Positions 18,525 to 29,080 of a stretch of DNA of 64,000 bases are shown piece by piece. The notes beneath the pieces were generated by a model, which was not told the DNA's origin, searched no databases, and saw nothing but the letters and a program-made list of their open reading frames with translations. Both the position numbers and the translations under genes were made by a program. The stretch is from Escherichia phage vB_EcoM_SA20RB, in the sequence record OL960581; one strand, given 5' to 3'. How positions within the stretch are numbered: position 1 is the stretch's first letter; the number at the start of each line of letters is the position of its first letter.

Positions 18525-19951
18525 TAAAATTTTAATTCATTTGCCAAAGCATCTAACTGAGCTCGAGTGGATTCATTTCTTTGATAACGATTCTGCTCAG
18601 CCTGAATCTGCTGTGAACCTGCTACTTCGTTCACTTCAGTTGGAGTAGAATCTTGTTCAATTTCTACCCATTTCTGATTTCCCTTTTGAACACCCATCAA
18701 AAACTTATTCCATTTGTTCTTATCACCATATCGTGATTTGATTTGCTTAATAAGTTGTTGTTCAGCAGCTGCTAGCTCCTCGGTTTCAATGACCGCAAGC
18801 ATAAAATCGGCTGTTGCTGGAAGACCAGCAGATTCTGCAATATCGCTCATGTTAACATCAGAAGAATCCCAAGCTTGTTTACCAACCTGTGCTGCAGTCC
18901 AAAGAACAGTTTCGGTTTCAACAGCCAGAGCACGCAATTCCTCTGCAATAGCTTTAACAGTTGTGTAACTATTTTCTGAATAAACTCTAATGCGGCAAGA
19001 TTTACAAATACCTAGATAGTCGACAATAATGATTGTTGGAACAAAATTCTTTTTGAGCTTCAATTCATTCAAGAGAGACCTGAATGTGTTAGCATCTGCT
19101 CCGCCAGTAGGATACTGTTTAACGATTAAACGGCCGAGAGTAGATTTCTCACGCCATTTTTCCATTTTTCCTTTATACTCAGCGTAAGAAATATGTCCAT
19201 CATCAATGTCATCAAGAGAAACATCAAGCATATTAGCATCAATACGCTTAGCACAGACTTCTTCTGCCATTTCCATGGAAATATAAAGAACATTATGTCC
19301 GAGCTGTAAATAATCTGCCGCTAATGAACACAATCCTAATGATTTACCGACGTTAACGCCAGCCATTAAAACGTTCAGTGTTCCAGTTTCAGCTCCGCCT
19401 TTCGTAATTTTGTTTAGAATTCTGAGTTTAAATGGAACCTTACGAGCTTTATTCATATAAGATAGCCAACGTGCTTCGTAGTCATCCATCCAATCATGAC
19501 CAACGTAACTATCAAATGAAATTGATAATGCTTGGCGCATGATGTCAGGAATAGCACCAACATCCGGCATTTTCTTATTTCGTTTTTCCGGAGGAAGCTC
19601 AGCATTAGTTTGAATTTCGATTATTTTAGACGTAGCATTAAACATCGCCCTTTGCTGAACATATTTTTCTGTTTCTTTTATTAACCAACTGTGGTCTTCT
19701 GGAGAATCAGCTAGTTTTGAAATAAGTGTTTTTACACCAGAATATTCTGTTTCAGTAAATGAACTATTTTCTAATGCAACATTTAACGCATTAATAGATG
19801 GAACGCTATGGTATTCATTAACATGAGATTTAATTAATTTGAATGTATTTTTAGCTGGACCACTTTCAAAATATTCTGAATCCATATATGGCCAAACTTT
19901 TGAAAAATAAGCTTGATCAAATATGAGATGAGAAAGAATAATTTCTACCAC
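18524..19951 (-). CDS. 41: replicative DNA helicase gp41 (DnaB-like, 475 aa)
   Basis: Walker A GVNVGKS; 475 aa; GTG start with AAGGAG SD. Confidence 0.85.
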   Translation of the reverse strand: MVEIILSHLIFDQAYFSKVWPYMDSEYFESGPAKNTFKLIKSHVNEYHSVPSINALNVALENSSFTETEYSGVKTLISKLADSPEDHSWLIKETEKYVQQRAMFNATSKIIEIQTNAELPPEKRNKKMPDVGAIPDIMRQALSISFDSYVGHDWMDDYEARWLSYMNKARKVPFKLRILNKITKGGAETGTLNVLMAGVNVGKSLGLCSLAADYLQLGHNVLYISMEMAEEVCAKRIDANMLDVSLDDIDDGHISYAEYKGKMEKWREKSTLGRLIVKQYPTGGADANTFRSLLNELKLKKNFVPTIIIVDYLGICKSCRIRVYSENSYTTVKAIAEELRALAVETETVLWTAAQVGKQAWDSSDVNMSDIAESAGLPATADFMLAVIETEELAAAEQQLIKQIKSRYGDKNKWNKFLMGVQKGNQKWVEIEQDSTPTEVNEVAGSQQIQAEQNRYQRNESTRAQLDALANELKF

Positions 19952-19960
19952 ACTTACTCC

Positions 19961-20323
19961 TTAAAAGAATTTAAATTTTTTCTTTGACCTTTTATTAAAC
20001 GCATCTTGTAGTTGCATTGTAATACATTTTTCTACATGAGGAGCTAACTCAGCTTTTCTTTCTTGGTCAAGAACAGCAAAGTCCATTACGACTTTTCCAT
20101 CAACCCAATCTAATTTTGTCACATACACAATGTGTGTAGAACCATCTTCTAGTTTAATGACAATCTCCTGGATAACATTTTCCATGGCAGATTTAATTAT
20201 CTTAAGAGATTCATTAAAAAGACGTTCTTTTCTTTCTTCTTCCCCCTCCGAAGAGGGGGATTCATCGATAATTTCTAGATCTAAATCTAAATCATCTTTA
20301 TTCATTAAATTCTTCCATATCAC
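19961..20323 (-). CDS. 40: hypothetical protein, T4 gene 40 position (120 aa; start uncertain)
   Basis: track start is GTG 20323 overlapping uvsX end; alternative in-frame ATG at 20305. Confidence 0.45.
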   Translation of the reverse strand: MIWKNLMNKDDLDLDLEIIDESPSSEGEEERKERLFNESLKIIKSAMENVIQEIVIKLEDGSTHIVYVTKLDWVDGKVVMDFAVLDQERKAELAPHVEKCITMQLQDAFNKRSKKKFKFF

Positions 20324-21479
20324 TTAACTGATCTAGGTCAGTTTCTAAATCAGCTGCTGATTTACTTTTACTTTCTGGAGATTTAAATTTTTCAACCTTT
20401 GAGTTAATCAATTCATCAACTTCAGCTTCAACAATTTCATTACTATCAATAGCACCTAACTGATAAGCATGTTTAATAGCATCTCGGAATGGTTGATGCT
20501 TAAATAAAGGACCCCAGAATGTAGTGCAGTTGGTATCTTTTGCACGCCAAGATTTTTCTTCGCGAATCATCTCGCCGGTTTCTTCGTCAAGAAATTCACG
20601 AGCATACCAGCCATTTTTAGGTTTTACCACAAATCCTAATTCAAGAGCCATATCTAACAATCCAGAATAAGGATCGATACCACCGTCAAATTTAACATCA
20701 ATAAAGAATTTACTTTTTTCTTTAACGGTACGAGATTTTTCTACATTTAGAACAAATTGATACCCCTGAAGATCAGAACCATCTTTAATCTGGCGCTTAC
20801 CGATAATGAATACAGTATCAGCCGAATACATTACGCCTGTACCACCTGTCATCACGGTTTTACTAAACATTTCAATTGTTTCAATTGTATGGTTAACCGC
20901 AACGCACGGAATGTTTTTAATACTAAAATAAGGAGTAACAATACGGAATAATGACTTCAGTGATTTAGCACGAGTCATATCTGCCACAGATTTTTCATTC
21001 AAGGCATCTTCCGTTTCTTTCTTAGAAGCCATATTACCGATTGAGTCGATGAATACAATAACCTTTTCACCACGCTCAATAGCTTCAAGCTGGTTCACCA
21101 TATCAATTTTCAGTTGTTCAACTGACTGAATTGGTGTATGAATTACTCGTTCCGGGTCAACTCCCATGGATCGCAAATAAGCAGGAGTAATACCAAATTC
21201 GCTATCATAGAATAGACAAACCGCGTCAGGATATTTGTTCAAATACGCCGCAACCATAGTCAAAGACATATTTGATTTAAAGTGTTTAGAAGGACCTGCA
21301 AAAATGGTTAAACCAGACTGCATACCACCATCAATCGCACCAGAAATAGCAATATTAAGCATTGGGATTTTTGTACGGATTACATCCTTTTCATTAAAGA
21401 ATTTAGATGTAGTCAGTTCAGCAGTCATTTTAGAAGTGGAAGCTTTAATCAAACGGGATTTTAAATCTGCAATAGACAT
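20298..21479 (-). CDS. uvsX: UvsX RecA-like recombinase (393 aa)
   Basis: ATG start; N-terminus SIADLKSRLIKASTSK..; RecA fold motifs; size near T4 UvsX (391). Confidence 0.85.
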   Translation of the reverse strand: MSIADLKSRLIKASTSKMTAELTTSKFFNEKDVIRTKIPMLNIAISGAIDGGMQSGLTIFAGPSKHFKSNMSLTMVAAYLNKYPDAVCLFYDSEFGITPAYLRSMGVDPERVIHTPIQSVEQLKIDMVNQLEAIERGEKVIVFIDSIGNMASKKETEDALNEKSVADMTRAKSLKSLFRIVTPYFSIKNIPCVAVNHTIETIEMFSKTVMTGGTGVMYSADTVFIIGKRQIKDGSDLQGYQFVLNVEKSRTVKEKSKFFIDVKFDGGIDPYSGLLDMALELGFVVKPKNGWYAREFLDEETGEMIREEKSWRAKDTNCTTFWGPLFKHQPFRDAIKHAYQLGAIDSNEIVEAEVDELINSKVEKFKSPESKSKSAADLETDLDQLSDMEEFNE

Positions 21480-21532
21480 TCATTTTTTCCATAGGCATCA
21501 TTATATTTTCCTCACTGGTTAAAGATAGAGTA

Positions 21533-21556
21533 ATTATAACACAATAAATTTAGGCA
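21533..21556 (-). promoter_or_regulatory. possible middle promoter (MotA-box-like TGCCTA + TATAAT) upstream of uvsX
   Basis: minus strand aaTGCCTAaa-12nt-TATAAT; MotA box is one mismatch from TGCTTA. Confidence 0.3.
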
Positions 21557-22399
21557 TTAATCAACTGCTATCGGATGAATAGCATTAAACTTATGAAACG
21601 CTTCTGATTTTTCTTTGCGCGAAACACACATGCGAAGAACCTTTAATGGCTCGTCTTCTTCACCCAACGATTTTCTCTTTTCAATATTCGATGTTTTCCA
21701 ACGAGCTTGCTCTGGAAACTCTCTATTGATTTGCTCAAGAGCTCTATTATGTTTTGAATTACTACGAATTGAACTACATCCGCCAGGAGCTTGCGCTTTT
21801 CCGGATACAACCAGATATTTGAACAAGGCCAAATGCGGATAACCTTGATTAATTAAATTGAGAAATGCATACATATCTTCGCATAAATCAATTTTTCCAT
21901 ACCCAATTTGTTCTGTTGTAAGTTTCCCGAGGTCATACCAAGTATTCGTGAATCCATATGAATTTTCACGATAATTACCCCAAGATGAAGTAATTTTAAA
22001 AATAGGCAGACGAGCATGACCATGATAATACCCGCAATCCATGGCATCTTCAACGTATTGAATCAATTCATAGAACTGTTCACGAGTTAATTGATTAATT
22101 TTATCTACGCAGCGACGATCATCTTTCTTTCGCATTGAACTCATACGAATAGTAGTATCATCATCAATCATCCAAATTCGTTGACCTGCATACATATCAG
22201 TAATTGCTTTACGAGTACCAGCAATTCCATTAACATCATCAGGAATAGTTATAATTTTAGCTCTAGACCCGTAAGCGTCATAATAAGCTTTTTCTTCGTG
22301 TTCACGTACTACAATATGAGGTTCATAATCAGTCGGAAACATATCAAGGGCAGAAACTGCCCCGACACGCTGATAACTTGGAATTACGAATTGAATCAT
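21557..22399 (-). CDS. putative glycosyltransferase at the T4 beta-gt locus (280 aa), possibly T2/T6-type beta-glucosyl-HMC alpha-glucosyltransferase
   Basis: start at ATG 22397-22399 (ATGA overlap with gene 42 stop); DxD-like MIDDDT motif; 280 aa rather than T4 b-gt 351 aa. Confidence 0.5.
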   Translation of the reverse strand: MIQFVIPSYQRVGAVSALDMFPTDYEPHIVVREHEEKAYYDAYGSRAKIITIPDDVNGIAGTRKAITDMYAGQRIWMIDDDTTIRMSSMRKKDDRRCVDKINQLTREQFYELIQYVEDAMDCGYYHGHARLPIFKITSSWGNYRENSYGFTNTWYDLGKLTTEQIGYGKIDLCEDMYAFLNLINQGYPHLALFKYLVVSGKAQAPGGCSSIRSNSKHNRALEQINREFPEQARWKTSNIEKRKSLGEEDEPLKVLRMCVSRKEKSEAFHKFNAIHPIAVD

Positions 22400-23136
22400 T
22401 TCCACTCACCTTTATAATCTTTTTTCACAATATGAGTTTCGCCAGTATTCCACCAATGATCAACCAAGTAAAAATGACGAAAATATACATGAAGACTTCC
22501 AACATTCCATATAATAGAACCTGCTTTATACTGACGAGTTGAATCGCCTGCATTCAAGTCAGATACTAATTTATCTAGTACGTATTTTTGCCATGCATAA
22601 TCATTACGGAATCCGAAGACCACGTCATTTGAACGCATGCTTACTACTGCATTGACTTTCTTATCACGAATCAGGTACTGCACTGTATTAGTACACATGA
22701 AATCTGACATACCATCTTTATTGTAGTCAAACTGCATGGATGGACGAGTATAAATCATGATACCACGCCGAGAATCAGGATTTTGACCAAGTTCAGCTAA
22801 ACACATATCATACTGGGCATAGTTATCTTCTGACCAGATGGCCCAACCATAATTCGAGTTAATTTCGCCTTTAGAAGATGCTACCTGCTGCCAAATCTTT
22901 GGTGTTTCACCCGGAATATCTTTAACAAACAAACTTTTAGATTTATACCATTCAAGTTCACGTTGAATGTATTCATCATTAAGAGCGCCAAAAATAAACG
23001 GTTCATCTGCTACAAATGATGCACCAATAATTTCAATAGTTTTAACACCAGTTTTATCAACTACGAAATCTTTTTCTTTTAATGCAAGCCCCAAATGAAG
23101 ACGGATTTCTTCAACTGTCATAGAGTCACTAATCAT
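22396..23136 (-). CDS. 42: dCMP hydroxymethylase gp42 (246 aa)
   Basis: 246 aa, thymidylate-synthase-like; ATG start. Confidence 0.85.
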   Translation of the reverse strand: MISDSMTVEEIRLHLGLALKEKDFVVDKTGVKTIEIIGASFVADEPFIFGALNDEYIQRELEWYKSKSLFVKDIPGETPKIWQQVASSKGEINSNYGWAIWSEDNYAQYDMCLAELGQNPDSRRGIMIYTRPSMQFDYNKDGMSDFMCTNTVQYLIRDKKVNAVVSMRSNDVVFGFRNDYAWQKYVLDKLVSDLNAGDSTRQYKAGSIIWNVGSLHVYFRHFYLVDHWWNTGETHIVKKDYKGEWK

Positions 23137-23289
23137 TTAAACCTCAATTGATACATTCATATTTAACTTGTAACAGTAATAAACCCCAACCTATAATAAG
23201 TGTCGGAATCATACAAGGAACCGTTACGCTATAGTATATACTTATTATAATCATCAAGATTAAAAGCAATACTGTTAAAATTTTGCTTT

Positions 23290-23541
23290 TCATTCCTTCT
23301 CTCTGATGATAATTACTTGATTCGGTTGTGCAGATTTTTTAGTTTCACCCGCAATTGACCAAATAAATGTAATAAACCAACCAATAATTGACCAATTAAA
23401 CAGTAAAGATGTGAAAAAGATTCCTACTGTCGATTTTGACCCACGCATCAAGGCGATGAACCACGGAAGCATGTATATAATAATAGCCAACACGCCTGAA
23501 ACTAAAACCATAAAAATTGAACCTGCTACTAAAGTTTCCAT
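23290..23541 (-). CDS. imm: immunity (superinfection exclusion) membrane protein Imm (83 aa)
   Basis: 83 aa, two hydrophobic helices; position after gene 42. Confidence 0.7.
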   Translation of the reverse strand: METLVAGSIFMVLVSGVLAIIIYMLPWFIALMRGSKSTVGIFFTSLLFNWSIIGWFITFIWSIAGETKKSAQPNQVIIIREKE

Positions 23542-23548
23542 GTTTTCC

Positions 23549-23929
23549 TCACTTAGTCAAATTTTTTACACATGAATTATAAGAATTCACTACATACTCC
23601 ATCGGAGCATTTTTACCTGTACGCCATTGGTAATTATTAGCCCAATTAGCCCAAATTTCGGCGCAGTAGTTTTCAATTTTTTCTTCGCGTGTAATTACAT
23701 CCGAATTACGATATGCTTGAGCAGATTCGTCTGGACGAATAGCTTCGTCAAAATTCGCCTGCATTTGTTCTACTGTCTGTTTTGGAGCCTCTTTATAACA
23801 CTTGACGTTAGGATTATAAAATTTGCTTGAACAGTTTACAATTTTTCCTGCATCAGACTGATTTACTACCGGTCCTTGAGCTACACAGCCAGTAAGACCC
23901 AATGTAATAACCAAAATAGCAATTTTCAT
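23549..23929 (-). CDS. putative lipoprotein (126 aa)
   Basis: signal peptide with LTGC lipobox; ATG start. Confidence 0.5.
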   Translation of the reverse strand: MKIAILVITLGLTGCVAQGPVVNQSDAGKIVNCSSKFYNPNVKCYKEAPKQTVEQMQANFDEAIRPDESAQAYRNSDVITREEKIENYCAEIWANWANNYQWRTGKNAPMEYVVNSYNSCVKNLTK

Positions 23930-23939
23930 AATAATTTCC

Positions 23940-24197
23940 TCAAATACAAGTAGTAATTACTCCAGTAGTGCTTACACAGGTATTACCTAATTGAACACCA
24001 AGCGTTCCATTAGTATTCATATGAAGATTATCATCAATTTTTGTTGATACTTTACCATTCATGTGAATAACAGTATTAGATTCAATCACATTCTGAGTGT
24101 CATTTTCAATATCAATAAATGGAACAGCTGCTAATGCAACTAGAACAACTGCTAATGCAACTAAACACGCTGCTAAACAACCATAAACAATTTTCAT
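23940..24197 (-). CDS. small membrane-anchored protein (85 aa)
   Basis: start moved to ATG 24195-24197 (GGAG SD) inside conserved promoter cassette; track ORF runs upstream through promoter and terminator. Confidence 0.45.
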   Translation of the reverse strand: MKIVYGCLAACLVALAVVLVALAAVPFIDIENDTQNVIESNTVIHMNGKVSTKIDDNLHMNTNGTLGVQLGNTCVSTTGVITTCI

Positions 24198-24240
24198 TTT
24201 ATTCTCCAAATCCGTATCAGTTGATAGTTGTATAGTACCA
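24191..24240 (-). repeat. 50-bp leader block (-10 region to ATG) of repeated early-promoter cassette, copy 1
   Basis: identical to 52652-52701. Confidence 0.7.
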
Positions 24241-24261
24241 TGGAAGAACAGAGATGTAAAC
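24232..24261 (-). promoter_or_regulatory. T4-type early promoter (cassette copy)
   Basis: plus atagta 24232-24237 (TACTAT -10), gtaaac 24256-24261. Confidence 0.5.
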
Positions 24262-24344
24262 CGTTTTGTGAAAAAATTTTTAATGAATTTACAGGACCTA
24301 GAATCATCTATTTTTCCTAAGTATAGATTTATATTACTTGTATG

Positions 24345-24365
24345 AAAAAGGGACCCGGAGGTCCC
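24345..24365 (-). terminator. rho-independent terminator after gene 43
   Basis: gggacc-cgga-ggtccc hairpin followed by U5 on minus strand. Confidence 0.6.
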
Positions 24366-24378
24366 TAGATTTATTCTA

Positions 24379-27075
24379 TCAGCCAAACAGGAAGTCTAAC
24401 GAAGCTTTTTCCTCATAGTCCATACCTGCCGATTCACACATACCCGCAAGTGGTTTAACAAACGATTTTTGGAACAAAGTTGAGTAGTCAATCCAAGACA
24501 GTACGTCAGAACGAATTTCTTTTGGAAGTTCTGTGCCTGATGGCCAAGCAATGCACTTGTCACCAAATGGATTTCCTTCACGTAATGGAAGAACCATTAC
24601 CTTATTTCCATCCAAAATTGGAGCTACACCTAAACCACTAACAGCTCGACGATAAGTTAGTACGCCACGAATATGGAACGGGCATTTAAATCCTGGCCAA
24701 CCTTTATCATCATATTTCGCTATATCGTTCGCAGTTTTTACTTCAGCAATAACTTTATAGTCAAGTTGACGATATTCTTTCTCAAAGTTCTTGTAGTATT
24801 CTTGGACAGACTCTTCACCTTCCTGAAGAATACGACGAATACTTTCTTCGAGAGCTTCTTGTACTGCTTTTGGTGTTGAACTCTGTTGAGTTTCCATACC
24901 CATAATTTTTAGATGCGGTTCGGCAAATCGCTTATCTTCCATATCATAAACGTTCAGAGCATAACGTTTTTTCGCTTTCCAAAATCCACCAACACCCTTT
25001 GAACCAAGCGGAGGGCAAGAAATAGCTTCACGGTCCATATGCATCAGATGCTCGCGGTTATTCATATAGTCACATAACTCACGATATGCAACATCAATCA
25101 TAGGTTCCATCTTTTTCTTACCAAACTGATTCATGAATTCAACTAAATCATTTTGTTCTTTAAAGCGATCAAGACCTACTTTTTCAATAACTTTATCTAC
25201 ACAAACATATACCGAATCAGTATCACCTGCTGCGATGAAATCTTCACCATTAGTTCCACATACTTTATTCAGATATTCATTAATTTTGCGAGCAATCCAC
25301 TGAATACCGACTTGACCGAAAATTGTGATAGCAGTAGCATTTCGCAAATCATAGTAACGGAAATGAATATTACCAAGAGCACCATAAAGACTGTTAATAA
25401 GAATTTTACGGTTCAGCTGATTTGTGTTAGCAAGTGTAGCTGCTTTTTCACATTCTTCGATCAGACTATTAAGAACAGATTCGGTGTAATTCGATAATTC
25501 GTTTAAGAAATCATCACTGAACTTAACATATCGTTCAACTTCTGGTTTAGTTGAACAAGACCCTGCACCTTTCATAATAATCTTTTTAATAGCTTCGGCA
25601 TTCATTTCTTCAGCGAACATTTTCTTTTTCCAATCTTTACGCTGGAAAAATACTTTAGCGATTTCCTTTGGAATGATACCTTCTTGGTGCTTATCATACA
25701 TCCATCCATTCGGAGAGCAAGAATATTCATCACTTGGCTTAGGAGCTGTTCCTGCGATATATTCATGAATTGGATGAACTTTAAACTGCCCACGAATAGT
25801 CTCAGGACTAATGTTAACCTGACGAATAATGCTAGGATACAGAGACGTCAAGTCAAAACTCATAATGTATCGACGAGCAATCGGTTTAGGTTCAAACACA
25901 AATGCACCTGGAAAACTCTGTTTAACGTGTGAACCTTGTTGAGGAATAACCTTATGTTCACCTTTCAGTGAGTTAAAAATAATAGCATCCCAAGTTTTAA
26001 TAGGACTCATTACACCAGAAAAAGGCATTTTAGCGTAATAAGACATACTTAAAACTAGATCGATAAACCCACGAATTTTATCAATTGCTTGAACTGATTC
26101 TACGTCAATGATGTTATAACTAATGTATCGTTGATGATTAGTCTCACGAAGTTTATTAATAGGACCATCGTACGGTAATTTACCTTTTTTGGTTTCATGT
26201 TGAGCAACTGATTCCAAAGAGAACGATGGCAAATTAGTAAATGCGAATTTCTTGTACAAATCTAAATAATCAAGAATAGATACGCCATCAATAGAATAAA
26301 TTTCTTTGCTACCGTACATATTTTGAATTAGTTTAGATTTTACCCGACCGATTGGAGAGAAGCGTTTCATACTGCGTTCACCGAGAACCATTTTAACACG
26401 GTTCATGATATACGGAACGTCAAATCCCTCAATATTCCAACCGGTAAAAATAGCAGGTCGTTTCTGTTCCCAGAGATTAATATATTCCATGAGCATATCA
26501 CGCTCATTATCAAATGGCATATAAATTACTCGGTCAAGAATTTCTTGAGGAACTTCATCACCACCTTCACAGTCAAGCTTAGCAGCTAACTTTGCATCCC
26601 ATTTTGATACTGAACCGTACATTGAATTCAACAAATCAAAGACGTAAAAACGATCGTCAATTGAATCATAATGAGTGATAGCATCAATTTCATATTCTGC
26701 TTTCATTGGGTCAGGAAATTTATCACCAGTAACCTCAATGTCACAGTTAGCTACACGAACAAATTTTCGGTCATAAACAATTTCTGAACCATATGTATCA
26801 CTGATATAAGCGAGTTTAAAATCGTTCATACCGAGAGCTTCGAGACCGATGTCTTCCATTCGCTTCATCCAGTCTCGTGCATCTTTCATTGATGGAAATT
26901 TTTGAGGAGCACAATTTTTACCATAAATGTCTTTGTATTTTGACTCTTCCTTACAATGCCTAAACATAGTCGGAAGATATTCTACTTCACGAGTACGTTC
27001 CTTTCCGTTTTCATCAATATAACGCTCAACAATATTATTTCCGACTGTTTCGATAGAGATATAAAATTCTTTCAT
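24379..27075 (-). CDS. 43: DNA polymerase gp43 (family B, 898 aa)
   Basis: 898 aa; exonuclease and polymerase motifs (YGDTDS); ATG start. Confidence 0.9.
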   Translation of the reverse strand: MKEFYISIETVGNNIVERYIDENGKERTREVEYLPTMFRHCKEESKYKDIYGKNCAPQKFPSMKDARDWMKRMEDIGLEALGMNDFKLAYISDTYGSEIVYDRKFVRVANCDIEVTGDKFPDPMKAEYEIDAITHYDSIDDRFYVFDLLNSMYGSVSKWDAKLAAKLDCEGGDEVPQEILDRVIYMPFDNERDMLMEYINLWEQKRPAIFTGWNIEGFDVPYIMNRVKMVLGERSMKRFSPIGRVKSKLIQNMYGSKEIYSIDGVSILDYLDLYKKFAFTNLPSFSLESVAQHETKKGKLPYDGPINKLRETNHQRYISYNIIDVESVQAIDKIRGFIDLVLSMSYYAKMPFSGVMSPIKTWDAIIFNSLKGEHKVIPQQGSHVKQSFPGAFVFEPKPIARRYIMSFDLTSLYPSIIRQVNISPETIRGQFKVHPIHEYIAGTAPKPSDEYSCSPNGWMYDKHQEGIIPKEIAKVFFQRKDWKKKMFAEEMNAEAIKKIIMKGAGSCSTKPEVERYVKFSDDFLNELSNYTESVLNSLIEECEKAATLANTNQLNRKILINSLYGALGNIHFRYYDLRNATAITIFGQVGIQWIARKINEYLNKVCGTNGEDFIAAGDTDSVYVCVDKVIEKVGLDRFKEQNDLVEFMNQFGKKKMEPMIDVAYRELCDYMNNREHLMHMDREAISCPPLGSKGVGGFWKAKKRYALNVYDMEDKRFAEPHLKIMGMETQQSSTPKAVQEALEESIRRILQEGEESVQEYYKNFEKEYRQLDYKVIAEVKTANDIAKYDDKGWPGFKCPFHIRGVLTYRRAVSGLGVAPILDGNKVMVLPLREGNPFGDKCIAWPSGTELPKEIRSDVLSWIDYSTLFQKSFVKPLAGMCESAGMDYEEKASLDFLFG

Positions 27076-27130
27076 AGATATTCCTTAGTTTATAGCCCGA
27101 GTTATTAGGCTCTTGATATATTATACTCCA

Positions 27131-27149
27131 AATAAGGGGCCGAAGCCCC
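27131..27149 (-). other. UUCG-tetraloop stem-loop downstream of regA
   Basis: ggggc-cgaa-gcccc. Confidence 0.5.
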
Positions 27150-27153
27150 TTGC

Positions 27154-27522
27154 TTAATTACCAATCGTATATTTAGGAACGAGTTTCCATTCATGTTTTT
27201 GTTTAAAAGAAATAACTCGGAAGTTATTGGTTAAATCTTTCATAAAAGTTCTTTGACCAGGAACGATTTCAATCAGTCCCCAATCTTCTAACAGCCACGC
27301 AATCGAATCACGACGAACTTCATCTTCTTCTGTCATTTCAACCTGACGGCCATCCATACGAAGCATTTCTTTAAAATGAACGATATAGTATAGTCCTTTT
27401 TTCTGAAGAATATGACAGGACTGATACAGAACTTTATCTTTATTATTAGCAATTCCCATACGAGTCAAGGTTTCTTTTACTTTCAGAAAATCTTCAGGTT
27501 TTTTAAGAGTAATTTCAATCAT
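27154..27522 (-). CDS. regA: translational repressor RegA (122 aa)
   Basis: 122 aa, ATG start, position between 62 and 43. Confidence 0.8.
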   Translation of the reverse strand: MIEITLKKPEDFLKVKETLTRMGIANNKDKVLYQSCHILQKKGLYYIVHFKEMLRMDGRQVEMTEEDEVRRDSIAWLLEDWGLIEIVPGQRTFMKDLTNNFRVISFKQKHEWKLVPKYTIGN

Positions 27523-27523
27523 T

Positions 27524-28087
27524 TTACCATTCCAATGCTAGTTTTTTGAGTTGTTTCTGTTCTTTTACATTCTTAGTCACTTCTTTCAAAAAATCATCCG
27601 TGACTAAACCTTTTAGTTCTTTTAATACTAAAGGAAGTTTTCCATTTTTAGTAAGAATTGATTTATAGTTAATTGCATCATTTGTATTAACTTGATACCG
27701 CTTAGCAAGTAACTTAATAATCAATACTTCAGTAGAATCTTCGACCAGTTTTGCCCATTTACCATATCTTTTACCCCGAGGAACAGCAGCCATCAGATAA
27801 TTAAAATGGGCTTCATCGCTTAAACCTGATCCAATTAAATTCATAGCATATACAGCTGGCATGCATTCAGGAAATTGTGATAATGCATTCTCAACCATGT
27901 ATTTTGAATAATCTTTTTGAGCAATAGAGCATTTAGTTTTATTATTAATAGCTCCAATTATTTCAAAAAATTCATTTTCAGCTTTTTCCTTAAAAGAATC
28001 AGCAGCAGATTGGACAGCTGTCCAATCTTTTGAATACCAAGCAACTTGATGCTCGTTTAATTGAATATCATCTTCAAATAAGCTCAT
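27524..28087 (-). CDS. 62: clamp loader small subunit gp62 (187 aa)
   Basis: 187 aa, ATG start, upstream of regA. Confidence 0.8.
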   Translation of the reverse strand: MSLFEDDIQLNEHQVAWYSKDWTAVQSAADSFKEKAENEFFEIIGAINNKTKCSIAQKDYSKYMVENALSQFPECMPAVYAMNLIGSGLSDEAHFNYLMAAVPRGKRYGKWAKLVEDSTEVLIIKLLAKRYQVNTNDAINYKSILTKNGKLPLVLKELKGLVTDDFLKEVTKNVKEQKQLKKLALEW

Positions 28088-28088
28088 A

Positions 28089-29048
28089 TCACTTCCACTG
28101 CATTTCGCATGCTAATTGAATGAAAAGATATGCTAAATGTAATTCCGTATTAGCCGCAATTCCATGATACTGGTTATTTTCACCAACAATTTCATACATA
28201 CGAATAATACTTTGCGGAGTTACGCGTGTATAGATTTCTTCGGCAAGTTTACCTACGAACCACGAATAATCAGCTGCATATTTTGGTGCTAAAGCTCTGA
28301 GCTGTTTAACATCTTTATTTTTGAGAGATTCAAGAACATCATCAATAGCACCACGATCGTTAGTAACCAGTGATAAAATACCAGCATCCAAAACACCTTT
28401 AGATGAATAACTATCGAGCTCACCAATAGTTTTACGAAAATCCGGAAAATTCTTTTTAACCAAAGCTGCTACAACTTTCATATCAGCTATAGCAATTCCT
28501 TCATGCTTGCAGATTTCAGTCAATCGACGAATCATCTGCTTCATCATTTCAATTTTATCTTCATCAGTCGGTTGACCGAATGTAATAACTCGGCAACGTG
28601 ACTGAAGCGGTTTAATAATACCATCAATATTGTTAGCAGTAATAATAATACTACAGTTTGAACTATAAGCTTCCATAAAGGAACGAAGATGTCGCTGAGA
28701 CTCTGCTAACCCTGAGCGGTCAAATTCATCAATAACGATTACTTTTTGACGACCATCAAATGAAGCTGCACTAGCAAAATTAGTCAAAGGACCACGAACG
28801 AAATCAATTTTACAGTCTGATCCATTCACAAACATCATATCAGCATTTACATCATGACACAATGCTTTTGCTACAGTTGTTTTACCTGTTCCTGGAGAAG
28901 GAGAATGAAGAATAATATGTGGAATTTTACCTTTACTTGTAATAGATTTAAAGGTTTCTTTATCAAAGGCGGGAAGAATACATTCATCGATAGTAGATGG
29001 ACGATATTTCTGTTCAAGAATGTGTTCTTTTTCATTTACAGTAATCAT
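28089..29048 (-). CDS. 44: clamp loader ATPase gp44 (319 aa)
   Basis: start moved to ATG 29046-29048 (MITVNEK.., GAGGAAA SD); Walker A GTGKTT; track start TTG 29063. Confidence 0.85.
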   Translation of the reverse strand: MITVNEKEHILEQKYRPSTIDECILPAFDKETFKSITSKGKIPHIILHSPSPGTGKTTVAKALCHDVNADMMFVNGSDCKIDFVRGPLTNFASAASFDGRQKVIVIDEFDRSGLAESQRHLRSFMEAYSSNCSIIITANNIDGIIKPLQSRCRVITFGQPTDEDKIEMMKQMIRRLTEICKHEGIAIADMKVVAALVKKNFPDFRKTIGELDSYSSKGVLDAGILSLVTNDRGAIDDVLESLKNKDVKQLRALAPKYAADYSWFVGKLAEEIYTRVTPQSIIRMYEIVGENNQYHGIAANTELHLAYLFIQLACEMQWK

Positions 29049-29080
29049 AATTTCCTCATTCAAGTTTTAGTGTAAATTAT

